A stretch of DNA of 64,000 nt from Octopus bimaculoides (Eukaryota), in assembly GCF_001194135.2 (NCBI RefSeq), contig NC_068988.1, positions 70,608,284 through 70,672,283 on the forward strand, written 5' to 3'. The translations under genes and the position numbers were made by a program. The notes beneath the pieces were generated by a model. The model made no database searches, had not been told where the DNA came from, and saw only the letters and a program-made list of their open reading frames with translations. Numbering within the stretch: position 1 is the stretch's first letter; every line of letters starts with the position of its first letter. Positions 1-13,549 of this stretch are shown here, in pieces.

Positions 1-60
<60 letters not shown>
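1..60. repeat. (TA)n(TG)n compound microsatellite
   Basis: Directly visible; explains the CVCV ORF at 23..280. Confidence 0.98.
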
Positions 61-63
<3 letters not shown>

Positions 64-1559
64 CGTACATAATTACATGTACACGTATATACATATGCAT
101 ATGTGGGCACAGGACGTCAGAAAACGTAAACAACAAAAAATACGAAGTACGAGGACGTGGAATATGAACTTTTTTCCGAACAACGAAACAAACGAATGGA
201 AAACAAGACAAACAACACAAAGAACGACGCTTCATCAGTTGTCGGATGTTTTTCTAATGCGCATTTCGAGCAATTCATGACCCGATGCGCCTTCGATAAA
301 ACAGTTGCTCCCGCAAAACAAATTAAATTAAATTTGGGATTTTGTGGAGGGTTAAAATTGGTGGCAAAAATTATATAAACCAAATAATTCATACTGAAGG
401 CACAGTATGCTGGAGATTTATTTATCACAACGATCGTTTTGGCATGATTCTTCACTGCTCCCTAATTGATGGGGGACGATATAATGAATTTCAGTGCTTC
501 CCACAGTGCAGAAATGCCTCGTCAGGTGACATAACCGGATTACATATGTGACATATCGCACATATATGGCATATCGCACATAGGCTAAATGATGTTAGTA
601 GTCTCAAATACATTGATGATGAATGAAGAATGACTATGGTAGGGTTCTGGGCTATATAGACAGGAAGTGTTTAACAAAAATACAATGCAAAGAATAAAGA
701 AGTAAAGGATATAATGGTTTTTGAATGAAAGCTACGATAAAGCGTACCGAACCATTTGATGGTTGGTCATGCTTGCCAAGCGTAACGACGTAGTCAAAGA
801 TTTGCTGGGGAAGTAGTTTCAGGTTATAAACTACATCCCCTGCACTGTGGGGACATTGGAATCTAGTATATCTTTCACCACCCACTAGGGAGCAGCACAG
901 AATTACGCCGAAACGGTCGTTGTGATAAAGTTTCCAGCATACTCTGTCTCCCATATCAATTGTTTAGAATCTACTTAACGTGTACGGAGATCATAAAATG
1001 TATAACTGGATTGATAGTCGGGATACATTACATACTGAAGGTTTATTTACATGTTTATGCTTCTCTATTCACGGTCTAAATGTAAACACATAGAGACTCA
1101 TACTGACTCATGTATGAGTGTGTGTATGAGAAGAGAGAGAGTGTGTGAGAAAGAGAGAGAAAGGGAGAGAGAGCTCGTGAGTCAAATATGCGTGTATGTG
1201 TCTATGTTCACGTTTATTCAAATATACACAAATAAAGTTGTAAAAAGTCAGATATATAGAAAGACGACGGACTAAAAAGTATATGACATTACTAATACAG
1301 CCGAACAGGAAGCTTTTTTTTTATTATGTGCGTATGTACGTGTGTCTACATACTTGTGAATATGTATGTGTATTTCTTTGATATATTTGAGAATATACGT
1401 CTTTCTCTTTCTCTGAATTATATAAATATATCTCCGAAGCATACATAACGAAAGCACTTATATAATCTTTAACATACAAGACATTAACGCAGTAATAAAT
1501 GAAATAAGACATTACTTTGCAATAAGTCTTGATTATTTCCCTGCAAGTGTCCTCAAGAA

Positions 1560-2260
1560 ATGAAGACTCCAAATTGAATTTCCTTTAGCTAATCTCTGAA
1601 GGAAATCTTTATTTACAGGTTACATACCGAAACATTTCCTATTCTAGTTTGCATACCAGCCTTCCAAAACAGAAGCAAGTCACTTGCTGCCAATGTCTGT
1701 AACATCTGAGTTTGAGCTTCCTACAATATTTAGGATGTCATAAAGTAATACAGCAAGTTTGGAGTCTGAAAAATCTGCTGCACTCGATTAAGTATTTCTT
1801 GGTAAGCAAAAACATGTTGTGCTCGATGGAATCCACCCAAGCCCAACAAAAGTTAACTGTAGCGGTCCACACAGATGTGTGCTGGGTCCAATACCGATAT
1901 ATAAATGACATCGCAGATAGAATAGCGATTTTCACAGAAGAGAGATTTTCGAAAGTTTATCAACAAAGACGGTCATATTTAGGACTTCAGATTCACGTAA
2001 TGTAATGGAAAAGAATAAAAAGTAATAGGGAATGGAAAATTGGTTCTCATGCATCTTGGAAAAGACGTGCTTCAAAACCTTATTCTCTCTTCTCCTGAAG
2101 TAGTGTTCCTGGCATCCAACAATATGAGAGACCTAGGTGTAATTGCTAATAAGAACAGTTGGAACGCCCACATCAAAAACGAAGTTTATATAGCTTCCTG
2201 GCTGAGCTGCTTCCAGCATGATAGCTACATATTATCGCTTTTTACTTCCCTTCCTTTATA
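1560..2260 (+). pseudogene. Decayed LINE reverse transcriptase fragment (CR1/L2/Jockey-group-like)
   Basis: Frameshifted motifs in RT order: FLGKQKHVVLDG...SGPHRCVLGP (cf. SGVPQGSVLGP), YINDIADRIAIF (cf. YINDI..FADD), MRDLGVIANKNSWNAHI (cf. RDLGV..D..LSW..HI). Boundaries approximate. Confidence 0.7.
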
Positions 2261-3051
2261 CATATGTAATACTCTTTATATTTCTGGTTTTTCCATACTC
2301 GGCCAAATATTTTGCGATTTGAAGCTCACCAAAAAGCAATGAATAGAATTAAACGACATTGACGGCCAATTTGTATTGGGACCGCCTCAAAACGCCCAGA
2401 TTGTATTTTGGACAATGCTAGTGTTAACATACGTCTACACAACGTGAATATATCACCACCATTGGCCAAACTTAAAATCAAGTATAAAAAATCGGCCAAA
2501 GTAGGGACCTTGAATTAAATGAAAGAGGAAAATAACCCCAACAGTTCAACGCTAAGTTGAGGTGTTGATATAACCATTATGTTCCGGTGATCTAATTAGC
2601 TAACTTTCATTATATACAATAAATTTTGAATAAAAAAATTGCATTGTATAATGCTGAACAGGCATATTAATGCAAACAAGTGCATATAATTTCTTGCATA
2701 CTCAAACTATCACTACATAAAAAAGACTGTGAAACGGACGTAATCATAAGGAAGTCACGTGGTTAAATATATATCATCCTCATGCGTCCTGACCTTATGA
2801 CTTTATACTCACAGAATGATTTTATCGCTCGGGTTTTCTGAGTTCTCTGTTACATGGATATTTTACATTACATTAATTTGTAATTAATTAGTATGTCAAC
2901 TGATAACCTAGTCCATAATAGAAGCTTACTCTAAATGACGTAGCATTCTCGACTAAAGAACATAATTATTAAAATTTAAATAATAAGGATGATAAATTGG
3001 ATATTAATTTAAGTAACACCAATTTAAAAAGCAAGTCCAATTTATTGATAT

Positions 3052-3423
3052 AGGCGTAGAGTGGCTGTGTGGTAAGTAGCTTGCTTACCAACCGCATGGT
3101 TCCGGGTTCAGTCCCACTGCGTGGCACCTTGAGCAAGTGCCTTCTACTATAGCCTCGGGCCAACCAAAACCTTGTGAGTGGATTTGGTAGACGGAAACTG
3201 AAAGAAGCCCGTCGTATATATGTATATATATCTCTGTGTGGTTGTGTGTCTGTGTTTGTCCCCCCAACATCGCTTGACAACCGATGCTGGTGTGATTACG
3301 TCCGCGTGACTTAGCGGTTCGACAAAAAAGACCGATAAAAGGAGAAGTTATGGGGTCAACTTGCTCGACTAAAGGCGGTGCTCCAGCATGGCCGCAGTCA
3401 AATGACTGAAACAAGTTAAAGAG
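3052..3423 (+). mobile_element. tRNA-derived SINE, family A (near full length)
   Basis: A-box-like GTGGCTGTGTGGTAAG, B-box-like GGTTCAGTCCC, body CTTGAGCAAGTGCCTTCTACTATAGCCTCGGGCC, internal TA/TG tract, tail GCGGTGCTCCAGCATGGCCGCAGTCAAATGACTGAAACAAG; other copies recur in the window. Confidence 0.9.
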
Positions 3424-5084
3424 GAAAAGAGTATAGATTTTGCTGTGGAGAAATGCTTGTAGATATACTGTGGGAGCGAAGTAGAGTTCTGCAAATTAAA
3501 CACGAGGGAACTGGATCTCTTGCTAGGATTAACCTATGACTGTAATTACCGGGACAATCATGACTAAAATGGATTTCTGCCCCACCAGCTTCGAATGAGA
3601 AAGAGCACCCACCATCACATCAGTAGGAAAGAAGAGCGCCACAGGTCGCTAGAGTTGCTAGATTATACAGTACTAGGATCCAAAGAACAGCACATGCAAA
3701 AGTAATTAAAACCTGCTTCAACCTTTTTTTCTTTATCATATTGTATGTATCTATCTGAGGATTTTAAGGAATTTCCGAAAATATTCATGAGCATTATTTG
3801 TCCTCTTTTTAAGAAAGTAAAATGAATGCCTCTTTTCAATATTTCTATTAGTCATATACTAATAATTCTTTATACTTAATCATACTTCTTCCTTTCTTTT
3901 ATCTTTTTTATCCTCTTTACAAATATGCACTTTGTCTTTTCAAGGTTTCTCTATATCTTTTTCTTCTAAACTCTGTCTAGAATCTCTTCAAGATATTTTC
4001 CCCTACTGCCTACTTCACTGTTGCTTTTTCTTACTGAATCTTGCACAAACTCCATGCACGTAAAAAGATGCATACTCCTTTACACACGCGCGTATATATG
4101 TATGTGTGCGTGTGTGTATGTTACTTATATACATAATATTTATTTATTTATTTATTTATTTGTCCCCATCGCCAACAATACTACTATCGATCCCCCTCTT
4201 ATATCGTTCTGTGGTCCTCGCTTCACCACTTACCGTCTTCATCTCTGTCATACACCACCTTCCTCTTTCCTCTGTAATCTCAATCATCATTGATACAAGC
4301 ACTTCTACGTTGAAGTAGAATTCTGTTTTTATCACTCTTTATCTGTACCTAATTGACTATAAAACAGACATTAAGTAATTCCTGTCTTTTCATTTGATTA
4401 AACATTTATCTTCGGATTTTCGTTCTTTGCACAACTACTCTTGCTGTTAGTGATTTGCTTTCTTTCTCTATATACATTTTCTCTCAGCCTCACCACACAT
4501 TTGTCTGTTTTCCCCCTTTCTCTCTCCCTCACCTCTCTCTTCTTATATATTTATATATGTACATATGTGTATGNNNNNNNNNNNNNNNNNNNNNNNNNNN
4601 NNNNNNNNNNNNNNNNNNNNNNNNNNNNNNNNNNNNNNNNNNNNNNNNNNNNNNNNNNNNNNNNNNNNNNNNNNNNNNNNNNNNNNNNNNNNNNNNNNNN
4701 NNNNNNNNNNNNNNTGTATGTATTTCCACGTCATTAGACTATAATTCAATTCAACAATTATCTAACGATTCATCATTCTGAATTTCATCTAATTTTGTTT
4801 CACTTAAAAATATTTTTAGTTAAAAATAACTGGAGAAATGTGTATGATACTTGTAATATATGTGTTAGCAAATACGCAAAAATATATATATATAAATATA
4901 TTTAGTCGGAAATAAAAATCCTGTCGTAGTTTTGATATTATCACTTAGAGGATGCTTTTTCAATATTTGTGATAAATTAAGCATTAACCTTTTACATTCC
5001 AATGTCTTCCCTTCTTCCTTTGCCGATTACCTTAAACCATAGTAGATAATTTCGTATTGATTTTACCCTTTTAAAATGAGATTA

Positions 5085-6110
5085 GAGTAGTCCCATATCA
5101 AGCACTATAAGCGGTATGAATTCAAAAATGGCTTAATAGATAAAGCAAGAATTATTCGTACTGTCTATGGAAATGAAGCTTTAACTCTCCGCACAAGCCA
5201 ACAATGATATTTTTCGTGGTTTCCCTCGGGAATTTTTCTCTCGTTGAGTCTTCTGGACTTAGACGAAAAAAATTCTGTCAATATTGATCTTCTGAAAATT
5301 GTAACCGAGAAAATTTCAAATCAAACTGCACGAAAATAGGGAAAGCAGTTGAATTCAGTTAAGGCTTCGGTTATGAAACAACTTCATGAACTAGGAACAC
5401 TGTCTAAACTTGGTCAGTAAACCCCTCATCACCTGACTTGTTTTCATCTTAATCAAATTGTTGCCTTCTGTCTTTCATTGACGTAGATTTGTTACTAAAC
5501 TTTATTTTCGTGGAATTATCACGTGATAAAAAATGATCTTTTTAATATCCAACTCAACAACGCACTAATCCCATAAAAGGAGGAGAGTCGATCCTGAAAC
5601 CAAGACTCAAAATGAAAAATGTTATTCTCTGTTTTGTGATACATGAAGGGCGACGTCTATCATGAAATGGTAAAACAAAGTGAAATAGTCAAATGCGGAG
5701 AAATTTTATCAAATAGAAGCATTGCACAAAAAATTGCAGAAGAAACGCCAATCACTGGACAATCGTAAAAAAAAAAAAGCGTTGTTCTTACACAATAATA
5801 CAAGACTGCATGCTAGTCAAGTCACTCAGGAAAATATTATTGCACTAATATATGAGAGTTTTGCCCCATCCTTCCTACGTTTGGTGCTTCCCTCCATCTA
5901 ACTATCAGCTTTTCAGATTCTTGCACCATTACTTTAAAGGATAACAGCTTATTTGTTGTAAAGAGATTATAAATGATACTGAGATTTTCTTTGCATCGAA
6001 ACCTCAAGAATTTTACGCCCAAGGTATAAACAATTTCCCAGATAAATGAGATTATATTATCAATATTGAGGGAAATATCGTAGTCCAATATATCAATTAA
6101 TATTACTTAG
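5085..6110 (+). mobile_element. Heavily decayed mariner transposon
   Basis: Remnants of mariner transposase: N-terminal ...YEFKNG..., FLHNNTRLHASQVTQE (cf. LHDNARPH), GAGTTTTGCCCCATCCTTCCTAC (cf. EVLPHPPYSPD), C-terminal FYAQGI..FPDK. TIRs not resolved. Confidence 0.65.
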
Positions 6111-6840
6111 CCGATTAAAAACTAAACTGAAAAGGGAGATATCTGCAACTGCCTCCAAGCTATTGTTATTACAATTGATCAATTACCAAATGATGTCAAG
6201 GCACTTATGAAAAGTTTCAAATATTTTCACATATACAGAGTTTGTGTGACACAACTAAAATAATTGTGTGAATTTGCAGATGTGGGATACATAAAGGTAT
6301 TGCAATATGCTAATACGAGATCTTTGTCTATGCTAACAGCAGCTGAAAGAATTATTGACATATATGTGTCCGGAAATTTAATTTTTGTTCAAAAGAAAAC
6401 TGCTTGAGACTGATAAAAAAATTCTTTGAAGAAATGTATTTATGGTTTGAATATAAACAGCTTACTCTTTTCAACAAATCGACTATGGCCTTGGAAATAG
6501 AGAATTCTAGCGCAGAGATATAAAACTAGAAAAACAACATCTGATTGTAGACACAGAACAAATAAAAAAGCGGATTTGTACTTCAAAATACGAAGGCTTT
6601 ACTGAGAAGATTTAAAGAAAATTGTGTAAACTAAGAAAAAGTTAAGAAGGAACTGAAAAGTTTCTATGAAAGATGTCTCTGTGAAAAAAGAAATTTGATC
6701 TGGAAAAGACTTAGAGCAGTTGAATTCTGGAGACATACCTTGGCCCAATGTTGAGCAGTCTGCAGTAAAGATGAATCGAGGATTAGAAAACAAATAGTAA
6801 ATATTAGAAAACAAATAGTAAATATTGCTTTAGAATTTTA

Positions 6841-7012
6841 GCACAAGGCCAAGAATTTCAAAACTACTACTTAACTGGTACTTATTTTAGCGACACCAAA
6901 AGGATAAAATACAAAATCGGCTCTGGAAGCATTCGTACTCAGAAAGTAGACAGACGAAATGCTGCAAAGCATTTTCCCTAGCATGCTAACGATTCTAATA
7001 GCTCGCCGCCTT
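6841..7012 (-). mobile_element. SINE family C, degenerate
   Basis: Reverse complement begins GGCGGCGAGCTATTAGAATCGTTAGCATGCTAGG and matches the copies at 46091 and 47828. Confidence 0.75.
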
Positions 7013-7722
7013 AAAAGTAATAAATGTAATCAATTATTTGATGAAGGTGTTATTGGAAAGAGCTTTTGGATTGCTAAGGTAGAAGTTCGAGCAACACAGC
7101 ATTTTAAGTATAAAATGTTTCTTTTTTATTTTGTTCATTGCAAAAAAAAAAGATTAATAATAATTAAATAAACAAAAATAAACAAAACCATACAAGTGAA
7201 AAATATTAATGCTGTTACAAAAAACATTCCAGTAAGTNNNNNNNNNNNNNNNNNNNNNNNNNNNNNNNNNNNNNNNNNNNNNNNNNNNNNNNNNNNNNNN
7301 NNNNNNNNNNNNNNNNNNNNNNNNNNNNNNNNNNNNNNNNNNNNNNNNNNNNNNNNNNNNNNNNNNNNNNNNNNNNNNNNNNNNNNNNNNNNNNNNNNNN
7401 NNNNNNNNNNNNNNNNNNNNNNNNNNNNNNNNNNNNNNNNNNNNNNNNNNNNNNNNNNNNNNNNNNNNNNNNNNNNNNNNNNNNNNNNNNNNNNNNNNNN
7501 NNNNNNNNNNNNNNNNNNNNNNNNNNNNNNNNNNNNNNNNNNNNNNNNNNNNNNNNNNNNNNNNNNNNNNNNNNNNNNNNNNNNNNNNNNNNNNNNNNNN
7601 NNNNNNNNNNNNNNNNNNNNNNNNNNNNNNNNNNNNNNNNNNNNNNNNNNNNNNNNNNNNNNNNNNNNNNNNNNNNNNNNNNNNNNNNNNNNNNNNNNNN
7701 NNTGTGTGTGTGTGTGTGTGTG

Positions 7723-7931
7723 TGTGTGTGTCTGTGTTTGTCCCCCCAACATCGCTTGACAACCGATGCTGGTGTGTTTACGTTCCTGTAACTTAACGGC
7801 TAGGCAAAATAGACCGATAGAATCAGTACTAGGCATCCAAAGAATAAGTCCTAGGGTCGATTTGCTCGACTAAAGGCGGTGCTCCAGCGTGGCCACAGTC
7901 AAATGACTGAAACAAGTAAAAGAGTAAAGAG
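7723..7931 (+). mobile_element. SINE family A, 3' half (5' part in gap)
   Basis: Closely matches 3245-3423 (CCCCAACATCGCTTGACAACCGATGCTGGTGTG ... AATGACTGAAACAAGT). Confidence 0.9.
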
Positions 7932-8238
7932 TAACAATAGAAACGTGATTCGTTTAATTAATTTGTTAGTGCTACCGCTCAATTTCGCAATATTTTACAT
8001 GCATGTGCTGTCAAGAAAAGAATACATTGTACATCTGTTTGCTCGTCTTTCTATGTCCGTCACCTAGTATCCCAGCCTTCTAAGTGTCAATGACAAATCG
8101 TAAATCTTACCAGCTCACAGGTATCAATTCATCACTTGCTAAGATTGGCTTTCATCTCAGAAGAGTATGTGTCATCATGTTATATTTGCAGTTAAAAATT
8201 ATGTTAATATATTTGCAGTTAAGAATTATGTTAATATA

Positions 8239-9522
8239 CTAAGTGGTATCAAAATATTCTTGGACTAGTTCTGTAGCGTATCAACAGATAGCAGCACACG
8301 GCTGCGTGCACAATGACAGCTTGAAGTGACCTTCATGAGTCAGTGTGTCTAGTGATATCGCTGAGTTTACACTCGCAAGTTATGAAATTTGTGTTTTTGT
8401 GATCACGTGTATGCTGTGATCACGTGTATGCGATTTTGTCATAAAAAGGAAGACGGAAAAACAGTCAACATGAAATTTTGAGTTAAAGTTAAAAGGTATG
8501 TTACAAAGACGTTGAGCATACTACGGCAAGCTTGCGGCGCTGAAGCTATGTTTCAAGTGGCACGGGCGCTTCAAATGCGTGTCCCTAGAGGACAATGAGC
8601 GATCTGGAAGACTCGGTACGAGCGTCTCCTCTGGACATGGGGAGAAAATTCAGCATCTTGTGCATGAAAATCGTTGAAGAACAATTAATGATATTGCTGA
8701 CGTTGTCGGTCTGTCATATGCGTCCGTGCAGGCATTCATAACTTCTGAATTGAACATTCAGCGTGTCTCTAAGTTTGTCCCCCACCTGCTCACCACTGAG
8801 CAGAAAGAAGAACATCGCGTCGAAGTCTATCGTGCCGCTGATGACAAATCCTTCATGTTGAGGGTCGTTTCCTATGATGAGAGTTGTGTTTACGGGTACA
8901 ACCCTGGGACATGGCAGTAATCATCACAATGGAAGATTCCTTCATCTCCACGACTGAAGAACGCACAACAGAGCTGCAGCTCAATGAAGAGCATGATCAT
9001 CAAATTTTTCGATATTCGCGGTATTGTGCATCGAGAATTCGTCCCCCAAGGCCAGGATGTCAATCGAGAGTTCTACTGCAGCGTTTTGAAGCGTTTGAGG
9101 GAGGACATTTGGCGAAAGCGACCGGATATATGCTGCAAGAATAACTGGATTCTTCACGACGACAATGCACGCTGTCACCATGTCCTCCTTCCTCGTGAGA
9201 TTTTCGCCAAAAACAACATGGTATCGCTTCCGTACCTTTTCTATTCGCCAGATTCAACACTGCGGACTACTATCTCTTCCCCAAGATGAAAATGTAGCTC
9301 AAAGGTCACTGTTTTATCACCGTTGTCCAAATCCACAGAGAATCGCCGAAGATCCCCGAGTCGTTTACGAAAAATGGCTTCCAGACTGGATGACAATGAC
9401 AGGAACGCTGGCCAGTGTATTGCTGCGCAGGGTGACTCTTTCAAAGATGTTATTAAATTTTAGGTGAATAAGTTATTTCTTATTAAAAATAACTAGTCCG
9501 GGGACATTTTGATACTACCTCG
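8239..9522 (+). mobile_element. Full-length (1284 bp) defective mariner transposon with TIRs and TA target duplication
   Basis: Left TIR CTAAGTGGTATCAAAATATTCTTGGACTAGTT (8239-8270) vs right AACTAGTCCGGGGACATTTTGATACTACCTCG (9491-9522), TA on both sides; motifs FVPHLLT (WVPHEL), SYDESCVYGYNP, GIVHREFVPQGQDVN, WILHDDNARCH, YSPD across frameshifted ORFs. Confidence 0.92.
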
Positions 9523-12500
9523 TATTCGCAGTTAAGAATTATATTAATATATTTGCAGTTAAAATTCTTCCTAGTGAGGCAAGGATAACCGCTCTCATTA
9601 ACACCTAAGCATCTTGCGGTTCTTTGGGTTTGCATTATATTCCCATTGGTCCTCGTTTCAAATCCTGTCAGTACAGGTATCTTCTTGAAGTTTAGAATCA
9701 CCTGTTAATGGTTAATTAGAATCAAATTTTCCATTGTATCTCAACTTTTTCAGCGCGGTAAGTTGTTTTTCGATAGTGATTTAACTGTTAAGTCCAGGAG
9801 TGTCAATGATCCTGTAGATGTCCTATATTTTGCCGTGAAGTAGTACAGGTTTTCTTAGCGGCATGAAAAGATTTTACTAAATTTTTATCATTAATTGGGA
9901 ATATGTATATGACAGTTCACTCAAAGCTGCCCGGGTTCCTTTTTATCAGAATCGAGTTGACCATAGTGAAATATATCCTTTGCACATAAATTGAAATAAT
10001 CTAATAATTATTATCACATGACCAGAGCTTAAAGTGACGTGTTAGTGACGATGGAGACTGGGCTACTTTAGATAAAGATTGATCATATTCAGGAGCAGCA
10101 ACTATTGAAATAGTTTAATAGTCGTTTAAGGTAAAGCACCGATTTAAATAACACGAATGCCATGCTATTCTAATAAAGAAGTCTCGAGGAAAGTTGAATT
10201 GAAAAAGTTATCCAGTTCTTCTCTTTATATCATTCGTGGACATTTTTTGTGATTAAAATTTTAAATAGTCGAGCGTCACTTACACAGAACAATCATAACT
10301 TTCTCAGAGAGTTGTCTGTTCATAAAAGTTGCTTTGCAAAATCAGGCCAATCTGCAGCCATCGCTAGCTTTGGAGGCGACAAACCAAAGTCAACTTCGAT
10401 CTTCATTGAAGTCACTCCTCAAAAAAAGGTTTTGTGCTTTCTCTGGCTCGTTTTGTTGTTACTTCTAATTCCTTTTAATCTGCACTTTTCTGTTCCCTTC
10501 CTGTCCCTTTATTGTCATGTATACACCTGACATGACAATCTGTATGACTAAGCTTGTGTGAGTACCAAGATCTATCTGACGTATGTCCTTTTAAGAAGGA
10601 TAAAAGTGCAGTTCTTGCTTCTTAACAATGGAAATGAGGATGTGCTTAGTGCGTTTTGGATCAATTTCCCATCAGGGACTTCTTCCAAAATATAAGCATA
10701 AAGAATAAAAAGTAAAATTTTACTCAGGATGCTTCACACTGCATCTATATCTATATTTATCAACAGCTCAAATTCAAAATGCTAAGTAGCTTCAGATATC
10801 TTAGCTACACATCTATAAATTCAGTGAAATAGATTTTGTGATGACTAAGCTTATCAACAGTCACTGGAAGAACAAGACGTAACACTCAACATCAAGTTTA
10901 AGGTTTATGAATCTTCAACTCACAAATACCAGACAAATGAGAAAGTAAAACAAAACGATTATCGGGGAAGAAACATACTCTAAGTCCAAGACAAAACAAT
11001 ATTGATAGTAACCATTAAGGTTGCCTATGTACTTGGGTATAGGTTTTATTCCTAAGGATCTGTTGTGCGGCTTATTTGAAAGGAGTTTGCGTTCAAATGA
11101 CCAACACTAACTGAAATGTGTGTAAAATGACCTCCATTTAGCAAACATTGGATTAAAGTCATAGAAAAACTTATGATGCAACTGTTTTTCTTGGAAATAA
11201 ATGGCAAGTGCCGATGTAAAGTACGGAAGATGGACCTTAACTCTAGACCAAAAACAGTTGGAAGGCATCAGATTTACTTGGTAACTTGGTATTCTTCTTT
11301 GCTGACCATAATAAGGACTGCCACTCCTGACGTTAATGTGCGATGTGCCAGAAAAATGAGAGATTAAAGAAGTGGAGGAGTGAAGTTTAAAAAAGAATAG
11401 AAGCAAAAGAAAAATTTTCCACCTTCTCACACGGAGGGAAACCGGTGAGAACGTGGACGATAGTATTTGATGATCTTATACGGCAAACATACATATATCA
11501 CATAATCAAAATTTTATTCAAAAGAATAAATATCAAATGACAAAATGTTAGTTACGGAACTTTCACCGGATTCAAACTCAAAAACACCAGACTACTGTAC
11601 ATATACCTGCGACGTTATTTCTGTATAGAGAAACNNNNNNNNNNNNNNNNNNNNNNNNNNNNNNNNNNNNNNNNNNNNNNNNNNNNNNNNNNNNNNNNNN
11701 NNNNNNNNNNNNNNNNNNNNNNNNNNNNNNNNNNNNNNNNNNNNNNNNNNNNNNNNNNNNNNNNNNNNNNNNNNNNNNNNNNNNNNNNNNNNNNNNNNNN
11801 NNNNNNNNNNNNNNNNNNNNNNNNNNNNNNNNNNNNNNNNNNNNNNNNNNNNNNNNNNNNNNNNNNNNNNNNNNNNNNNNNNNNNNNNNNNNNNNNNNNN
11901 NNNNNNNNNNNNNNNNNNNNNNNNNNNNNNNNNNNNNNNNNNNNNNNNNNNNNNNNNNNNNNNNNNNNNNNNNNNNNNNNNNNNNNNNNNNNNNNNNNNN
12001 NNNNNNNNNNNNNNNNNNNNNNNNNNNNNNNNAGCTATGTGCTGATTTCAGAAATTAAAAATTTTCGTTCAGAATCAATTAATTTAAAAGTTGAATCAAG
12101 AAAAGTGACTGTCAAGGTAGAAACACGGGAGAACATTTCATGTCTTAAATAAGAAAACAATATTTTAAAATCTTTTGTCAGATTTATTCCCTGAACCATT
12201 GCTTCAAAGTTCTTGCCAGATACAGAACAAAACATGCTTCAAACATATTTCTTCTTTCCTGTCATTTTCTATCCATGCCAAAACAACCCACAAATGAAAA
12301 CTTTTCGTTGATAATCGCTATAATTCCTTCATGAACATCTGTCAGCTTTGTCAAGTTAAGAAAGCACGTTTCTGACATTCAGGCCATGCTGGAGATTATA
12401 TCCGGACCTCTGCAGGAATACAGTTGCCGAATGGTTCTTCACTTCGGTTCCATTGTTTGTCGTTTAGAGAATGTTGAAGGTTAATGAAGGCGATTATAGT

Positions 12501-12533
12501 GGTGAATGTTAGTTTTGACAGATGTTGTCAATT

Positions 12534-12534
<1 letters not shown>

Positions 12535-12589
<55 letters not shown>

Positions 12590-12800
12590 GATTCCATTTA
12601 TTTGCCACAAGGGCGAAAGTTGAGAGAGACAATACAAGGACAGACATAAAGTGCGGGGGGTTACATATAATGAGATGTTAAAACTGTTTTCTTTATTTTG
12701 TAAAGAAAGAAAGTATACACAGTATACACTGTAAAAAGAAGTGACATATGCATAGCATACAACGATTAAACAAAAAGTGGCGGGGAGGATGCCAGAGATG
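12535..12800 (-). mobile_element. (AAT)n tract, probably the 3' tail of a minus-strand non-LTR retroelement
   Basis: On the minus strand AATAAA lies just before a long (TTA)n run; family assignment not established from sequence. Confidence 0.35.
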
Positions 12801-13160
12801 TGGCCCTCCTGATACAGGAAGACTTGTAGTGATAATCGAGGAACGCAACCATCATCGCCATCACTATCAACATAACCTGCAGAAGAAGAAAAACAACAAC
12901 AACAACAACAACGACGACGACGACGACGACAACATAACAACAGCTAAAGAGTAACATCAAAGGCAACTAAAATAGAGTTAAAAGTAGGAGACCAGTTCTA
13001 AAAGAGGTTACTCCAAATATTCCGAAGAGCTGGTTTGAGAAGCTGGAGTGAATAGAAATACAACACTGAAGTACCAGATGTAAAGAAAATTAAAAATGCT
13101 TGACTTGATATACGGAGGAAGAAATGTATCCACAATGAGGAAGCCTGTTTGATAGAAAAA

Positions 13161-13549
13161 GTGTTGTTGTTGGCACTCCGTCGCTTACGACGTCGAGGGT
13201 TCCAGTTGATCTGATCAACGGAACAGCCTGCTCGGGAAATTAACGTGCAAGTGGCTGAGCACTCCACAGACACGTGTACCCTTAACATAGTTCTCAGAGA
13301 TATTCAGCGTGACTCAGTGTGACAAGGTTGACCCTTTGAATTACGGGCACAACAGAAACAGAAAGTAAGAATGAGAGAAAGTTGTGGTGAAAGAGTACAG
13401 CAGGGTTCGCCACCATCCCCTGCCGGAGCCTCGTGGAGTTTTAGGTGTTTTCGCTCAATAAACACTCATAATGCCCGGTCTGGAAATCAAAACCGCGATC
13501 CTATGACCGTGAGTCCGCTGCCCTAACCACTGGGCCATTGCGCCTCCAC
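13161..13549 (-). mobile_element. tRNA-derived SINE, family B (full length)
   Basis: Reverse complement starts GGAGGCGCAATGGCCCAGTGGTTAGGGCAGCGGACTC (A box), B-box-like GGTTTTGATTTCC; matches 29834, 31474, 41706. Confidence 0.92.

Noticed and set aside
160-245. CTGATGA on the minus strand (232-238)
   Set aside because: No stem II or stem I pairing and no GAAAC-type continuation.
885-925. GAAACGGTC motif resembling a hammerhead stem III/cleavage site
   Set aside because: No CUGANGA core at the right position in either arm (both read TAGGGA).
342-954. Apparent paralogous peptides YHNDRFG in opposite orientation
   Set aside because: Explained by a DNA inverted repeat; several of the synonymous-looking changes are CpG-type transitions, so coding selection is not supported.
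9600-9950. Possible minus-strand CR1/L2 C-terminal relic
   Set aside because: Similarity too faint to support.
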